A stretch of DNA of 64,000 nt from Lachnospiraceae bacterium (GCA_022510585.1 JAFLTF010000004.1:508-64507); one strand, 5' to 3'. Positions 38,209-49,282 are shown, counted from the stretch's first letter. The notes: a model not told the origin generated them from the sequence alone. Program-made: numbers and translations.

Positions 38209-38927
38209 CACCCTTTTTTATTCAGAATATCATCAATATACTTTTTGATCCTGTCATGAACAACTTCTGCCACTTCCGACGTTGTCATTCCTTTATACTC
38301 ATCATAATAGATGGCAGGAAGATAGTGCACCTGCGTTTTCACTTTCTTAAGGGACCAGATTTCAAAAACCTTATAAGAATCAATTAATACAATCGGTACG
38401 ATCGGCGCTTTGACCCGCATAGCGCTCTTAAAGCATCCCGGTTTGAATTCACAGACTACATTGTGATTATGGCAATATCCGCCCTCCGGAAAAATAATAT
38501 ATTTTCTACCTGCCTCAACCTCTTCCGCTACATCTTTTATCAGTTTTACCGATGCCCTTGCATCATCTTTTATAAGCCTTTTTCCATGTAATAACTCAAT
38601 AAACTGTGTCGTCAGGATCACATGGGATTTGGCATCATCAATGACAACGGTACAAGGCTTTTTATGAGTGTGAATAATTCCCAGCGCATCATATTTTCCC
38701 TGATGATTCGGAAACATAACATACCCGCCTTCTTTCGGCAGATTTTCCATTCCATATCCTTCTGTCTTAATATGCCCTGCCCTTACCATTCTTCTGACTG
38801 CCAGTCTGGCATATGCATAACATTCCTCTTCTGTGTATTTTTCGGGATGTTTCGCCATATATGACATCCTGGGAATCATATAGATTCTTGGCAGATTACA
38901 AATAATCACATGTATAAAACGTAACAT
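38208..38927 (-). CDS. 1-acyl-sn-glycerol-3-phosphate acyltransferase (PlsC family)
   Basis: NHQGKYD (NHxxxxD), IFPEG, PIVP. Confidence 0.9.
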   Translation of the reverse strand: MLRFIHVIICNLPRIYMIPRMSYMAKHPEKYTEEECYAYARLAVRRMVRAGHIKTEGYGMENLPKEGGYVMFPNHQGKYDALGIIHTHKKPCTVVIDDAKSHVILTTQFIELLHGKRLIKDDARASVKLIKDVAEEVEAGRKYIIFPEGGYCHNHNVVCEFKPGCFKSAMRVKAPIVPIVLIDSYKVFEIWSLKKVKTQVHYLPAIYYDEYKGMTTSEVAEVVHDRIKKYIDDILNKKG

Positions 38928-38945
38928 GAAAATCCTTCTCCCTTT

Positions 38946-40475
38946 CTATAGCAGTGGTGAAAACAGTTTCAGGATCGGTCCGATGACATTCATCTTAAAA
39001 AACTTCTCTCTGCACCATTCCATGGTAATCCTCTCAGATAATAAAAATGTATCCTCCATATCTTTTTTGATTGCATTTATAGCATCTGCATGATATAAAA
39101 ATACACCACATTCAAAATGATGATAAAAACTCCGGTAATCAAAATTGATCGTTCCTACGATCGCAGCCTCATCATCACACAGCACACATTTAGAATGAAT
39201 GAAACCGGGCGTATACTGATATATTTTTACTCCTGACTCTATCAGGTTCTGATAGTAAGACTGTGTAAGCCAGTAAATTGACTTTTTGTCCGGAATGCCC
39301 GGCGTCACGATCCGCACATCCACGCCTCTTTTAGCGGCAAGTTTCAGAGCAGTGCACATCTCATTGTCAATAACCAGATAAGGCGTGAATGCATAGAAAT
39401 ACCTTTTGGCATATCCAATCATATTCAAGTAGGCGTTTTCTCCCACTGTTTCATTATCAAAAGGCGTGTCTCCATAGGGTTGTATATATCCCCGCCCCTC
39501 TATCCGCTCTGTAAAAGGATAGCGATAAAGCTTATAATCTTCATCCGTATGCCGGAAAAGATTCCAGATCTGCAAAAACATTGCCGTAAAACTCCATACG
39601 GCTTCTCCTTCCACACGTATGCCTGCATCCTTCCAATATCCATATACAGTTTCATAATTGATATACTCATCCGCAAGATTGATCCCGCCCGTATATCCTA
39701 TTTTACCGTCAATCACCATGATTTTTCTATGGTCTCTGTTATTGAGGACGATCGTCATGAACGGAATCAATTTATTAAACGCAACGCATTTGATTCCTTT
39801 TTCTTCCATAAAGGAATCATAGTGTCTGGGTAGCTTAAAAACGCTCCCTACGTCATCATAGATCAGTCTGACTTCTACACCCTGATGGACTTTTTTTTCA
39901 AGAATCTTTAGAATTTCATTCCACATCGTGCCTTCCCCAAGAATGAAATATTCCAAAAAGATAAAATTTTGGGCACTCTCAAGATCCTCTAACAACTGTT
40001 TCCAATAGGGTAACCCATCCGGATAATATGTTGCGTTCGTATTTTCCCACACCGGCATGCCGGAATAAAGATACAGATATCTGCTCTGATTGGCTATGGA
40101 CGGATTTTCCATATCCAGCTTTTCCATGATATCCTCATGGGCAGACATATTCTTTCTCAAAAGCTCGTCCGAAAGCTGTATGCTGTCACGAAGTTTTCGA
40201 GAAATGATAACATGTCCGAAAGCCAGGTACATGATTCCTCCAAATAACGGAAAAACCAGAATAGGTACGATCCACGCCAGTTTTACGGCAGGATTATTTG
40301 GTTTCCAAATCAGGTAAATAACAATAAAGATACTCAGGATCCTGAGTGCTGCGGCAATCTGCACATAATGATTTGCCCATCTGGATATTTCCAACAAAAA
40401 AAAACCGACCTGCAGCAAAACAATCAGCGCTGTAAAAAAAGCTCTATTCAGTACAAAATGTAATAGTTTCTTCAC
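38946..40475 (-). CDS. cls: Cardiolipin synthase
   Basis: Two HKD motifs (DHRKIMVID, HSKCVLCD) with N-terminal TMs; start taken at GTG 40475. Confidence 0.92.
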   Translation of the reverse strand: MKKLLHFVLNRAFFTALIVLLQVGFFLLEISRWANHYVQIAAALRILSIFIVIYLIWKPNNPAVKLAWIVPILVFPLFGGIMYLAFGHVIISRKLRDSIQLSDELLRKNMSAHEDIMEKLDMENPSIANQSRYLYLYSGMPVWENTNATYYPDGLPYWKQLLEDLESAQNFIFLEYFILGEGTMWNEILKILEKKVHQGVEVRLIYDDVGSVFKLPRHYDSFMEEKGIKCVAFNKLIPFMTIVLNNRDHRKIMVIDGKIGYTGGINLADEYINYETVYGYWKDAGIRVEGEAVWSFTAMFLQIWNLFRHTDEDYKLYRYPFTERIEGRGYIQPYGDTPFDNETVGENAYLNMIGYAKRYFYAFTPYLVIDNEMCTALKLAAKRGVDVRIVTPGIPDKKSIYWLTQSYYQNLIESGVKIYQYTPGFIHSKCVLCDDEAAIVGTINFDYRSFYHHFECGVFLYHADAINAIKKDMEDTFLLSERITMEWCREKFFKMNVIGPILKLFSPLL

Positions 40476-40479
40476 ATCA

Positions 40480-40728
40480 TTACCTGTCCAGATTATCACA
40501 TAAATAGGGTGCTATTGCCTTTTCAATTACAGAAACATTTTCATTTGTTTCCAAAATTCTGAATTCTACATTATTGGATAGATCCATTGAAAAAATACCC
40601 ATGATGGACTTGGCATCCACCACATATCTGCCCGAAACCAGGTCAAAATCCCCATCGATGTCCCGGATGATCGAGACAAAACCCTTTACTTTCTCTATGG
40701 AGTTTAAATCCAATGTATAGACTTTCAT
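40480..40728 (-). CDS. HPr-family protein lacking His15
   Basis: VDAKSIMGIFSMDLS (Ser46 region); the protein contains no His. Confidence 0.85.
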   Translation of the reverse strand: MKVYTLDLNSIEKVKGFVSIIRDIDGDFDLVSGRYVVDAKSIMGIFSMDLSNNVEFRILETNENVSVIEKAIAPYLCDNLDR

Positions 40729-40784
40729 CGTATAGTTCTCCTCTTGCCTGTATCGTTATTACGTGCTTTCTCAATTAACCCTTT

Positions 40785-41561
40785 TTAACCCAGCGCCACA
40801 TCCAGAATCATCATGATCAAAAAACCTGCGGCAAATCCTAATGTTGCGCCATCCGAATCACCGTCCCCGGAAGCTTCCGGAATCAATTCTTCCACCACGA
40901 CAAACAGCATGGCACCTGCTGCGAAAGCAAGCAGAAACGGCAAGGCCTTCTCAATGACTCCTGTGATCATAATGGTTAAAAAAGCTCCAATCGGTTCAAC
41001 AATACCAGATAATACGCCATAAGTAAAGGCTTTCTTTTTCCCGGTACCGTTGCTTTTCATCGGCATGGATATAATAGCGCCTTCAGGAAAATTCTGGATA
41101 GCAATGCCTACGGCAAGTGCATAAGCCCCCGCCAACGTTATCTCCTGATTCCCTGTGATCACTCCCGCAAAAACAACACCTACCGCCATACCCTCCGGTA
41201 TGTTATGCAGGGTAACTGCCAACGCCAACATGGCGGTTTTCGTCAATCCGCTCCTTAAACCTTCCGGTTTTTCTCCTCCCAGATGCAGATGCGGAATCAG
41301 TTTATCTAATCCATACAAAAAGGCGATTCCCGCCGCAAAACCTGATGCTGCAGGAACAAATGCCCATTTCCCATAGTCCTGTGACAATTCTAACGCCGGG
41401 ATGAGCAAGGACCAAACCGATGCTGCCACCATTACACCGGAAGCAAATCCAAGAAGGACCTTTTCTACAAGCTTATTTAGCTCATTTCTCATAAAAAGAA
41501 CACAGGAAGCACCCAAAACAGTCCCCAGAAAAGGAATCATAAGTCCGAAGAATATATCCAT
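40785..41561 (-). CDS. ZIP family metal transporter
   Basis: GFASGVMVAASVWSLLIP, VTLHNIPEGMAVG, IQNFPEG, EELIPE. Confidence 0.93.
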   Translation of the reverse strand: MDIFFGLMIPFLGTVLGASCVLFMRNELNKLVEKVLLGFASGVMVAASVWSLLIPALELSQDYGKWAFVPAASGFAAGIAFLYGLDKLIPHLHLGGEKPEGLRSGLTKTAMLALAVTLHNIPEGMAVGVVFAGVITGNQEITLAGAYALAVGIAIQNFPEGAIISMPMKSNGTGKKKAFTYGVLSGIVEPIGAFLTIMITGVIEKALPFLLAFAAGAMLFVVVEELIPEASGDGDSDGATLGFAAGFLIMMILDVALG

Positions 41562-41589
41562 AAATCATTGTCTCCTTCTCTTAATAAAT

Positions 41590-43347
41590 CTATCCTATCT
41601 TTCGAATTAAAATACCGTTTCGAAGCAGTGTAGCGTCAATATAATGTCTGGAAAACAAAAGTTCTCCCTCTCTTGCAATTTCAATATCTTCCTCCTCGCA
41701 ATTTATAATGACTTCCACATACTCATTTCCCCATCCCATTTTACAAAACTCAATCACTCTGGGTTTATTGATCTTATTCGGAAAATGAAAATCACGATTT
41801 CTTAGAAGAGGTTCGCTATTTCGCAGTTTAAGCAGACTTCTTACAATATCCATGCGCTCTTTATATACGCCTGCATCAATATCTTCCCAGGGCATACATC
41901 GTCTGCAATCCGGATCGTAGCTTCCTTCCATTGCAATTTCCGTTCCATAGAAAATACAAGGGCTGCCGGGCATGGTAAATAACACTGCAAGCTGTTGAAA
42001 ATACTCATCCAGATTCTTTACATCCGAGCGCAGTCTTTTGGTATCATGGGAATCCAACAGATTAAAAAGCACATCATTTGTCTGCTGCATATATCCAGTA
42101 TAACATCTGTTAATAGTATATTCAAAATCCTCATTTGTTTGACTCTTATCAATCCAGAAATCTTTGATACTAGCGCCCAGCGGATAGTTCATAACCGCAT
42201 CAAATTCATCTCCTCTAAGCCATGGCATTGCATCATGCCAGATTTCTCCCAAAATATAAATATCGGGCTTTAAGGCTTTTAGGCGTATACGCAGTTCTTT
42301 GCAAAATACATGGGAAATCTCATTTGCTACATCCAGCCGGATACCGTCCACATCATATTCCTTTACCCAGTTTTCACAAACCTCATATAAATATTCCCGC
42401 AGCTTCGGGTTATTGGTATTTAACTTTGGCATACTATCATAAAAGGCAAAGGTATAATACTGTTTTTCTCTGGCGCAGCCGCCCTCTTCCCGAAACGGCC
42501 ACTCATTCACCATAAACCAATCCCAGTATTCTGATTCGGGACCTTTTTTTCTGACATCCTGCCAGGGTGCAAAATCCCTGCCGGCATGGTTGAACACTCC
42601 ATCCAGCATAACCCGAATCCCCCTGTTATGTGCTTCTTTTACCAAAGTTTTCATCGTTTCTTCCGAGCCGAAATGGGGATCTATTTTCTGATAATCCGTT
42701 GTATCATATTTATGAGAAGAAGGGGCCTCATTGATCGGTGTCAGATAAAGACCGGACACTCCAAGTTCTTTGACATAATCCAGTCTCTGAATAATACCCG
42801 CCAGATCTCCTCCAAAAAATTCCGTATTGGTAACAGAACCGCTTTTTCTCCAAGGTAGCGCCCCTTCCGGATTGATGGACGCATCTCCGTTGCAAAAACG
42901 TTCCGGAAAAATCTGATACCAGATCGTATTATTGACCCAGGACGGCGTTACCGGAATATCCGCCGGATTCATCCATGGAAATACAAAGCACTGTTTGCTT
43001 CGACCCTCTAACTGCATCTGTGCTTCCGATACAAAGCCGTCCTCAAAGAAAAACCATTTTTCATTTTCTGTCTGTAATTCGAAATAATACTTCAATCTTT
43101 TATATGGAGGCTCAATTGTAGTGGTCCACCACAATTGATTCTTCAGTCTTTTCTTATAGGGGATATTGATCCACTCTCCATCCCAAGTTTCTCCACCGCC
43201 CAGAATTCCTGCACTAAAAGGATCGCCATGGATCAAATTGACATATTTTACATCATAACCGGTTTTGATATTAATGACCAGCTTATTTTCATCCAACGGA
43301 TAACAATAATTGTCATTTGCCCTGTGATATACTGCATTAAAGTCCAT
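41590..43347 (-). CDS. GH13 neopullulanase/cyclomaltodextrinase-like enzyme
   Basis: YQIFPERF, GGDL.GI, HKYDT.DY, DGVFNH, DGIRLDVANE, GEIWHD, LLDSHDT. Confidence 0.92.
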   Translation of the reverse strand: MDFNAVYHRANDNYCYPLDENKLVINIKTGYDVKYVNLIHGDPFSAGILGGGETWDGEWINIPYKKRLKNQLWWTTTIEPPYKRLKYYFELQTENEKWFFFEDGFVSEAQMQLEGRSKQCFVFPWMNPADIPVTPSWVNNTIWYQIFPERFCNGDASINPEGALPWRKSGSVTNTEFFGGDLAGIIQRLDYVKELGVSGLYLTPINEAPSSHKYDTTDYQKIDPHFGSEETMKTLVKEAHNRGIRVMLDGVFNHAGRDFAPWQDVRKKGPESEYWDWFMVNEWPFREEGGCAREKQYYTFAFYDSMPKLNTNNPKLREYLYEVCENWVKEYDVDGIRLDVANEISHVFCKELRIRLKALKPDIYILGEIWHDAMPWLRGDEFDAVMNYPLGASIKDFWIDKSQTNEDFEYTINRCYTGYMQQTNDVLFNLLDSHDTKRLRSDVKNLDEYFQQLAVLFTMPGSPCIFYGTEIAMEGSYDPDCRRCMPWEDIDAGVYKERMDIVRSLLKLRNSEPLLRNRDFHFPNKINKPRVIEFCKMGWGNEYVEVIINCEEEDIEIAREGELLFSRHYIDATLLRNGILIRKIG

Positions 43348-43396
43348 ACCTTACCTCCCGATCGCATAACATTTTCAATTAATCAAAGCATGAATG

Positions 43397-43408
43397 GAAA
43401 ACGTTTTC
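43397..43408. promoter_or_regulatory. LacI-family operator / cre-like palindrome upstream of the GH13 gene
   Basis: Perfect 12-bp palindrome GAAAACGTTTTC with central CG, 50 bp upstream of the ATG. Confidence 0.65.
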
Positions 43409-43434
43409 TTAATAAAAATAATAATACATACCTT

Positions 43435-45441
43435 CTAAAAAAGCAAGCATAGAAATTGATATATAACACAAGCAGTAAGCCACGCCACACAACACTGCAT
43501 CAGAACTACCACCAGAGCACGCCATGTAGAACTCATTTCATGTCTGATGGTTGAGACTGCCGCCACGCAAGGTGTATAAAGAAGTGTAAATACCAGAAAG
43601 CTGACGGCTGTAGCAGGCGTAAAAATCGTTCCCAATGTTTCGCTTAAATTGCTCATCGTTGTACCGGTAAGCACACTCAAGGTACTGACTACTGCTTCTT
43701 TTGCGGTAAAACCGCTGATCAGGGAAGTGGCAACACGCCAGTCGTTAAAACCGAGCGGAATAAAAATCGGTGCAATATATCTACCTACCATAGCTAACAG
43801 ACTATCTTTACTGTCTGCCACTACATTCAGGCGGCTGTCGAAAGTCTGCAGAAACCAAATGATCAACGTGGCAAGGAAAATCACGGTAAATGCTCTTTGT
43901 AGGAAATCTTTTGCCTTATCCCACATCAGAAGCAATACACTTTTGACCGAAGGAAAACGATAATTGGGAAGTTCCATCATAAACGGCATAGAATTTCCCC
44001 GAAAAACCGTATGATTTAAAACAATTGCCACAAGAAGTCCTACCAAAATACCAAGTAAGTATAGCCCCATCATTACAAGTACCGGATGTTTTGGAAAAAA
44101 TGCCGCCGTAAACAGGGCATAAATCGGGATTTTAGCAGAACAGCTGATAAAAGGAATCAACAAAATCGTCAGTTTTTTATCTCTGTCCGAAGAAAGGGTT
44201 CTGCTGGACATGACCGCAGGCACGCTGCAGCCAAATCCGATCAGCATGGATACGAAACTTTTACCGGATAGTCCTATCTTTCTGAGCGGTTTATCCATGA
44301 CAAAGGCAATTCTTGCCATATATCCCGAATCTTCCAGAATTGACAGAAAGAAAAACAGCACTACGATAATCGGCAGAAAGCTCAACACGCTTCCTACACC
44401 GGCAAAAATTCCGTCTATCACAAGACTTTTTACTACCGGATTGATACCGTAAGCCGTAAGAGCCTTGTCCGTCCATGCAGCGACAGAGTCTATCCCCATA
44501 CTCAGCAGATCGCTTAATACCGCACCGATGACGCCAAAGGTAAGCCAGAAGATCAATAGCATGATCAGTAAAAAGGAAGGAATCGCAAAATATTTTCCGG
44601 TGAGTATCATATCTATTTTGACGCTTCTTTTATGTTCTTTGCTTTCCTCACATTTTATTACCGCATTTTCACAGACCTTTTCAATAAATGTATAACGCAT
44701 ATCGGCAAGGGCAGCGTTCCTGTCCATTTCGCTGTCCTGCTCCATCTCTGCAATACTGTGCTCCATAAGCTCCAGTTCATTCTGGGACAGTTTCAGACCT
44801 TTTATGACATCCGTGTCACCTTCTACGATCTTGCTTGCCGCAAAACGAGGAGACATACCGTTCTCTTCCGCATGATCTTCTACCTGATGACTGAGGGCAT
44901 GGATGCATCGATGCACAGGTCCTTTTTCACAAAAATCCGTTACTTTCGGATAAATCCTTCTGCCGGACACTTCTCCGATTGCATTGATCAAATCCTCTAC
45001 TCCCTCATTTTTGATCGCGCTGATTGCAACGACAGGGATACCGATCTGCGTTTCCAGCTGCTTCAGATCTATTGTACCGCCATTTCCCCGTACTTCATCC
45101 ATCATATTGAGCGCCAATACCATCGGAATGTGCATTTCCAACAACTGCAGTGTCAAATAAAGATTTCTTTCGATATTTGTAGCATCCACAATATTAATAA
45201 TACCATCCGGCTTCTCATTCAGGATAAAATCTCTTGTGACAATTTCTTCATTGCTATAGGGTCTGAGAGAATAAATCCCCGGCAAATCCACAACTGCCGC
45301 TCCGGCCTCTCCCCTGATCTCCCCAATCTTTCTCTCTACCGTAACACCGGGAAAATTGCCCACATGCTGATTGGAACCGGTGAGTTGATTAAATAAGGTT
45401 GTCTTACCACTATTCTGATTTCCTACTAATGCATATACCAT
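43435..45441 (-). CDS. feoB: Ferrous iron transport protein B
   Basis: GNQNSGKT, VGNFPGVTVE, DLPGIYSL, NMMD, GFGCSVPA, LYTPCVA; start at MVYALVG. Confidence 0.95.
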   Translation of the reverse strand: MVYALVGNQNSGKTTLFNQLTGSNQHVGNFPGVTVERKIGEIRGEAGAAVVDLPGIYSLRPYSNEEIVTRDFILNEKPDGIINIVDATNIERNLYLTLQLLEMHIPMVLALNMMDEVRGNGGTIDLKQLETQIGIPVVAISAIKNEGVEDLINAIGEVSGRRIYPKVTDFCEKGPVHRCIHALSHQVEDHAEENGMSPRFAASKIVEGDTDVIKGLKLSQNELELMEHSIAEMEQDSEMDRNAALADMRYTFIEKVCENAVIKCEESKEHKRSVKIDMILTGKYFAIPSFLLIMLLIFWLTFGVIGAVLSDLLSMGIDSVAAWTDKALTAYGINPVVKSLVIDGIFAGVGSVLSFLPIIVVLFFFLSILEDSGYMARIAFVMDKPLRKIGLSGKSFVSMLIGFGCSVPAVMSSRTLSSDRDKKLTILLIPFISCSAKIPIYALFTAAFFPKHPVLVMMGLYLLGILVGLLVAIVLNHTVFRGNSMPFMMELPNYRFPSVKSVLLLMWDKAKDFLQRAFTVIFLATLIIWFLQTFDSRLNVVADSKDSLLAMVGRYIAPIFIPLGFNDWRVATSLISGFTAKEAVVSTLSVLTGTTMSNLSETLGTIFTPATAVSFLVFTLLYTPCVAAVSTIRHEMSSTWRALVVVLMQCCVAWLTACVIYQFLCLLF

Positions 45442-45460
45442 GTCAGCAACTATACCTTTC

Positions 45461-45682
45461 TTACATCTTGACTTCAATTTTTTGCGCATCTTCTTTACGG
45501 ATGGTCAACTCATAACCTCGCAGCTGTATTTCGATTGGGTCACCCATTGGCGCAACTTTCCTGATCTTTACCCTGGTCTTGGGAATCAATCCCATGTCTA
45601 ACAAACGGCAGCGCAATTCGCTTTCTCCGCCCACCTGTATTATGACAGCTTCCTGTCCTATTGCAATTTGATCCAATGTCAT
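45461..45682 (-). CDS. feoA: Ferrous iron transport protein A
   Basis: RLLDMGL, APMGDPIEI.LRGYEL.IRK..A. Confidence 0.95.
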   Translation of the reverse strand: MTLDQIAIGQEAVIIQVGGESELRCRLLDMGLIPKTRVKIRKVAPMGDPIEIQLRGYELTIRKEDAQKIEVKM

Positions 45683-45785
45683 ATAATTTCTTCCTTCTTG
45701 TTATTTTTCAGAAACCTATCTTTTAAACACACTATACCATATTGGCGGTCAAAGAGACAATATCCGATTCGTATCGGCTCAATAT

Positions 45786-45814
45786 TTGCAAAGATTTTCT
45801 ATATATGTTAAACT
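45786..45814 (+). promoter_or_regulatory. Sigma-A promoter of the DtxR/MntR regulator
   Basis: TTGCAA-17 nt-TAAACT with extended -10 TG. Confidence 0.55.
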
Positions 45815-45843
45815 GGATTGAAAGAATGCGTGGAGGCATTATT

Positions 45844-46209
45844 ATGAAAATACAGGAATCCGCTGAAAATTATTTGGAAACTATATTGATGCTGGGGCAA
45901 AAAAACGGCAATGTCCGTTCTATTGACATTGCACATGAACTGGAATTCAAAAAGCCAAGTGTCAGTGTAGCGATGAAAAATCTACGCGAAAACGGTTATG
46001 TCAAGGTGGATGACAATGGTTTCATTACCCTGACTGATTCCGGTAGAAAAATTGCCGAAACCATGTATGAGCGCCATCTTCTGCTTTCTCATTGGTTAAT
46101 GGAGCTTGGCGTGGATGAAAAAACTGCCGTAGAAGATGCCTGCAAAATGGAACATGTCATCAGCAAAGAAAGCTTTGAGGCAATCAAAAAACATCTTAAT
46201 AAAGCTTAA
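45844..46209 (+). CDS. DtxR/MntR family metal-dependent repressor
   Basis: ESAENYLETI, VRSIDIA..KPSVS.AMKNL, YERH, EDACKMEH; RBS GGAGG; divergent from feoAB. Confidence 0.92.
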   Translation: MKIQESAENYLETILMLGQKNGNVRSIDIAHELEFKKPSVSVAMKNLRENGYVKVDDNGFITLTDSGRKIAETMYERHLLLSHWLMELGVDEKTAVEDACKMEHVISKESFEAIKKHLNKA

Positions 46210-47582
46210 GGAATAATGCGTTTTTTTCGCCATCCACCTTGCAGATATCTTGCAAGGGCAACAAGCAGGGCTATGCTCCAACCGATGCAGAATGCCCACC
46301 AGATGACGCCTACCCCAACGATATGTGCAAAGCCGACCGTTAAAAACAGCCGAATAAAAAAGCTGAGTAAAGTCGTAAGAATGAACCAACTCATATCACC
46401 GCTTCCTTTAAAAGTAGCTTTCACCAGCATATATACAGAAAAAACTACCAAAAAAGCGCCGACAACTCTGATGTATGAAGCTCCTACTGCGATCACCTGT
46501 TCTATATCCGTCTCTGTTCCCTCTATAAAAAAACCAATGATCCGATTCGGAAACAGTTCAAAAACAATTGTCATCACAAGTGAAAGTATTCCACAACTGA
46601 GTATAGAAGCTCTAAGTCCCGGCCAGATCCGTTCTTCTTTTCCCGCACCGATATTCTGTCCCACATAATTTGAATAAGCATTGCTGTAATTGATCGGGAT
46701 TGCCGTAGCAAGATTGACTACTTTGGTTGCTGCAGCGCTGCCTGCGATCACCGATGCGCCAAAACTGTTGATCGTGGCCTGTACAACCACAGAACCTACC
46801 GAAACAATGGATTGCTGAAGTGCGGATGGCAATGCAAATCGAAGCATTGTATATAACAAAGTCTTATCAAAAAGGGGAAAAGCTTTATCATGTTCAAATC
46901 CTGCAAGCAGCTTTGGAATGTCATGCATTGCCAGAAATGCCGCAGCCAGTTGAGAAATGGCCGTTGCCAGCGCCGCGCCGCCAACTCCTCCCTGTAAACC
47001 GATGATAAAAAGTAAATCTAATAACACGTTAAAAATGGATGATATGATCAGAAATCTAAGCGGTGTTTTGGAATCTCCCAATGCTACATAAACACTATTC
47101 AATGCATTATAAACAAAAATAGGAATACATCCCAGAAAATAATAACGCAGGTAACTGACTCCCATCCCAACGATTTCTTCCGGCGTATTCACAAACAGCA
47201 AAAGCGGTTTGGCCAGAATCCAGATGGAAATGGTGGATACAAGTCCGACTCCTGCCGAAAAAATAACAGATGTTGTGGTACACTGCCACATTTTTTCTGT
47301 TTTTCCCGCTCCGAAATACTGCGCTATCACAATGGAGCCTCCAAGTGCAAAACCTGTTGCCAATTGCACGAAGACCGCTGTAATGCTGCTTGCGCTCCCC
47401 ACCGCTGCAAGCGCATCCGTTCCTAACCTTTGGCCGACGATCACCGTATCGATTACGTTATACAACTGTTGGCAGAGATTGGAAAAAATCATTGGCAATG
47501 CAAAAAGGAGAATCGTGCTAAGCGGATTCCCCTCTGTCATCTTATGTGTTTTATTCTCTGTTTTTATTCTGTTTTCAGACAT
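46206..47582 (-). CDS. MATE family efflux transporter
   Basis: QQLYNVIDTVIVG..ALAAVG, GDSKTPL, GAALAT.ISQ, GQNIGAG. Confidence 0.92.
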   Translation of the reverse strand: MSENRIKTENKTHKMTEGNPLSTILLFALPMIFSNLCQQLYNVIDTVIVGQRLGTDALAAVGSASSITAVFVQLATGFALGGSIVIAQYFGAGKTEKMWQCTTTSVIFSAGVGLVSTISIWILAKPLLLFVNTPEEIVGMGVSYLRYYFLGCIPIFVYNALNSVYVALGDSKTPLRFLIISSIFNVLLDLLFIIGLQGGVGGAALATAISQLAAAFLAMHDIPKLLAGFEHDKAFPLFDKTLLYTMLRFALPSALQQSIVSVGSVVVQATINSFGASVIAGSAAATKVVNLATAIPINYSNAYSNYVGQNIGAGKEERIWPGLRASILSCGILSLVMTIVFELFPNRIIGFFIEGTETDIEQVIAVGASYIRVVGAFLVVFSVYMLVKATFKGSGDMSWFILTTLLSFFIRLFLTVGFAHIVGVGVIWWAFCIGWSIALLVALARYLQGGWRKKRIIP

Positions 47583-47598
47583 CTTGTTATTGCCTCTT

Positions 47599-48963
47599 TT
47601 AATTTTTGAAACTATGAATCGGTGCAGGGATCCTGCCTCCGCGGCCTATAAAGGCATCACAGGAAAATGGATTGACAGGCATGATCGGCGCATAACCAAG
47701 TAATCCACCGAACTCCACGGTCTCTCCCACACCTTTTCCGATCACGGGAATCAGGCGGACCGCAGTGGTCTTTTGATTGATCATACCGATAGCCATCTCA
47801 TCCGCTATAATACCGGAAATAGTCGTTTCTTTCGTATCTCCCGGAATTGCGATCATATCCAGTCCTACAGAGCAGACACAGGTCATTGCTTCCAGTTTTT
47901 CTAAGGTAAGTGCGCCTGCCGTCACGGCATCTATCATTCCCTGATCCTCGCTGACCGGAATAAAAGCGCCGCTCAAACCTCCCACATAAGAAGATGCCAT
48001 GACACCGCCTTTCTTTACCTGATCGTTCAACAAAGCAAGCGCTGCCGTCGTACCAGGTGCTCCCGCATGCTCCAAGCCGATCTCACACAGAATATCCGCA
48101 ACACTGTCCCCGATCGCCGGTGTCGGTGCCAAAGACAGATCTACAATACCAAAGGGTACCTGTAACCTTTTGGATGCTTCTTTTGCTACTAACTGACCGA
48201 CACGGGTCACCTTAAAAGCTGTCTTTTTAATTGTCTCACAGAGTACTTCAAAGCTTTCTCCCCTGACCTTACTGAGCGCTGTCTTCACAACACCGGGGCC
48301 ACTGACTCCTACATTGATGACTTTATCCGTTTCCGTCACACCGTGAAAAGCGCCTGCCATAAAGGGATTATCATCCGGTGCATTACAAAAAACAACCAGT
48401 TTGGCACAGCCCAGAGAATCCGCATCTTTTGTAGCTTCTGCAGTGCGTTTGATCATCTCTCCCATCAACTTTACCGCATCCATGTTGATCCCTGATTTGG
48501 TAGAGCCCACATTTACAGAACTGCAGACGCGCTCTGTTACGGACAGTGCCTGCGGAATGGAACGAATCAAAAATTCATCCGCTTTTGTCATCCCTTTTGA
48601 TACCAGCGCGGAATATCCTCCAATAAAGTTTACCCCGACTTCATGGGCAACTCGATCCAAGGTCCGTGCTATTGTCACAAAATCCTCCGGACAGTGACAA
48701 GCAGCTCCGCCTACAAGTGCGATAGGCGTTACCGAAATCCGCTTGTTTACGATCGGTATGCCGTATTCTCCAGAGATTTCTTCTCCGACCTTTACCAAAT
48801 CTTTTGCTGCTTCATATATTTTATGATATATTTTATCATTTACTCTCTGCAGATCCGAATCAATGCAGTCGAGCAAACCGATTCCCATGGTAATCGTCCT
48901 CACGTCGAGATTTTCTTTTTCAATCATCTCATTTGTTTCCGCAACTTCATATATATTAATCAA
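47599..48963 (-). CDS. DUF711/UPF0210 family protein
   Basis: [52 protein letters not shown]-terminal IHSFKN. Confidence 0.9.
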   Translation of the reverse strand: MINIYEVAETNEMIEKENLDVRTITMGIGLLDCIDSDLQRVNDKIYHKIYEAAKDLVKVGEEISGEYGIPIVNKRISVTPIALVGGAACHCPEDFVTIARTLDRVAHEVGVNFIGGYSALVSKGMTKADEFLIRSIPQALSVTERVCSSVNVGSTKSGINMDAVKLMGEMIKRTAEATKDADSLGCAKLVVFCNAPDDNPFMAGAFHGVTETDKVINVGVSGPGVVKTALSKVRGESFEVLCETIKKTAFKVTRVGQLVAKEASKRLQVPFGIVDLSLAPTPAIGDSVADILCEIGLEHAGAPGTTAALALLNDQVKKGGVMASSYVGGLSGAFIPVSEDQGMIDAVTAGALTLEKLEAMTCVCSVGLDMIAIPGDTKETTISGIIADEMAIGMINQKTTAVRLIPVIGKGVGETVEFGGLLGYAPIMPVNPFSCDAFIGRGGRIPAPIHSFKN

Positions 48964-49009
48964 TGTATTCTCTTTCCTTTCCCCTGATCACATATCTGTC
49001 ATATTTACC

Positions 49010-49282
49010 TCATATTCTGTGCATCTGATTAAAAATCTCTTCCTTCTGACACTTAATAATGACACCGATACTTTCTCCCAGTTTCGCCAGTTCTTCTACA
49101 ATAACTCCAAAGTCCTTCTTTGTCTGATTGGTATCTACGATCATCATCATATTAAAATAATCCTGCACGATCGTCTGAGAAATATCCAGAATATTGATCT
49201 GATTATCGGCAAGATAAGTACAAACCCTTGCAATAATCCCCACCGTATCTTTTCCTACCACTGTAATAATTGTTTTTTTCAT
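49010..49282 (-). CDS. ACT domain protein (UPF0237)
   Basis: ITVVGKDTVGIIA, NILDISQTI, IFNQMHRI; usual partner of DUF711. Confidence 0.92.
   Translation of the reverse strand: MKKTIITVVGKDTVGIIARVCTYLADNQINILDISQTIVQDYFNMMMIVDTNQTKKDFGVIVEELAKLGESIGVIIKCQKEEIFNQMHRI

Noticed and set aside
44632-45396. 254-aa plus-strand ORF
   Set aside because: Antisense shadow of feoB
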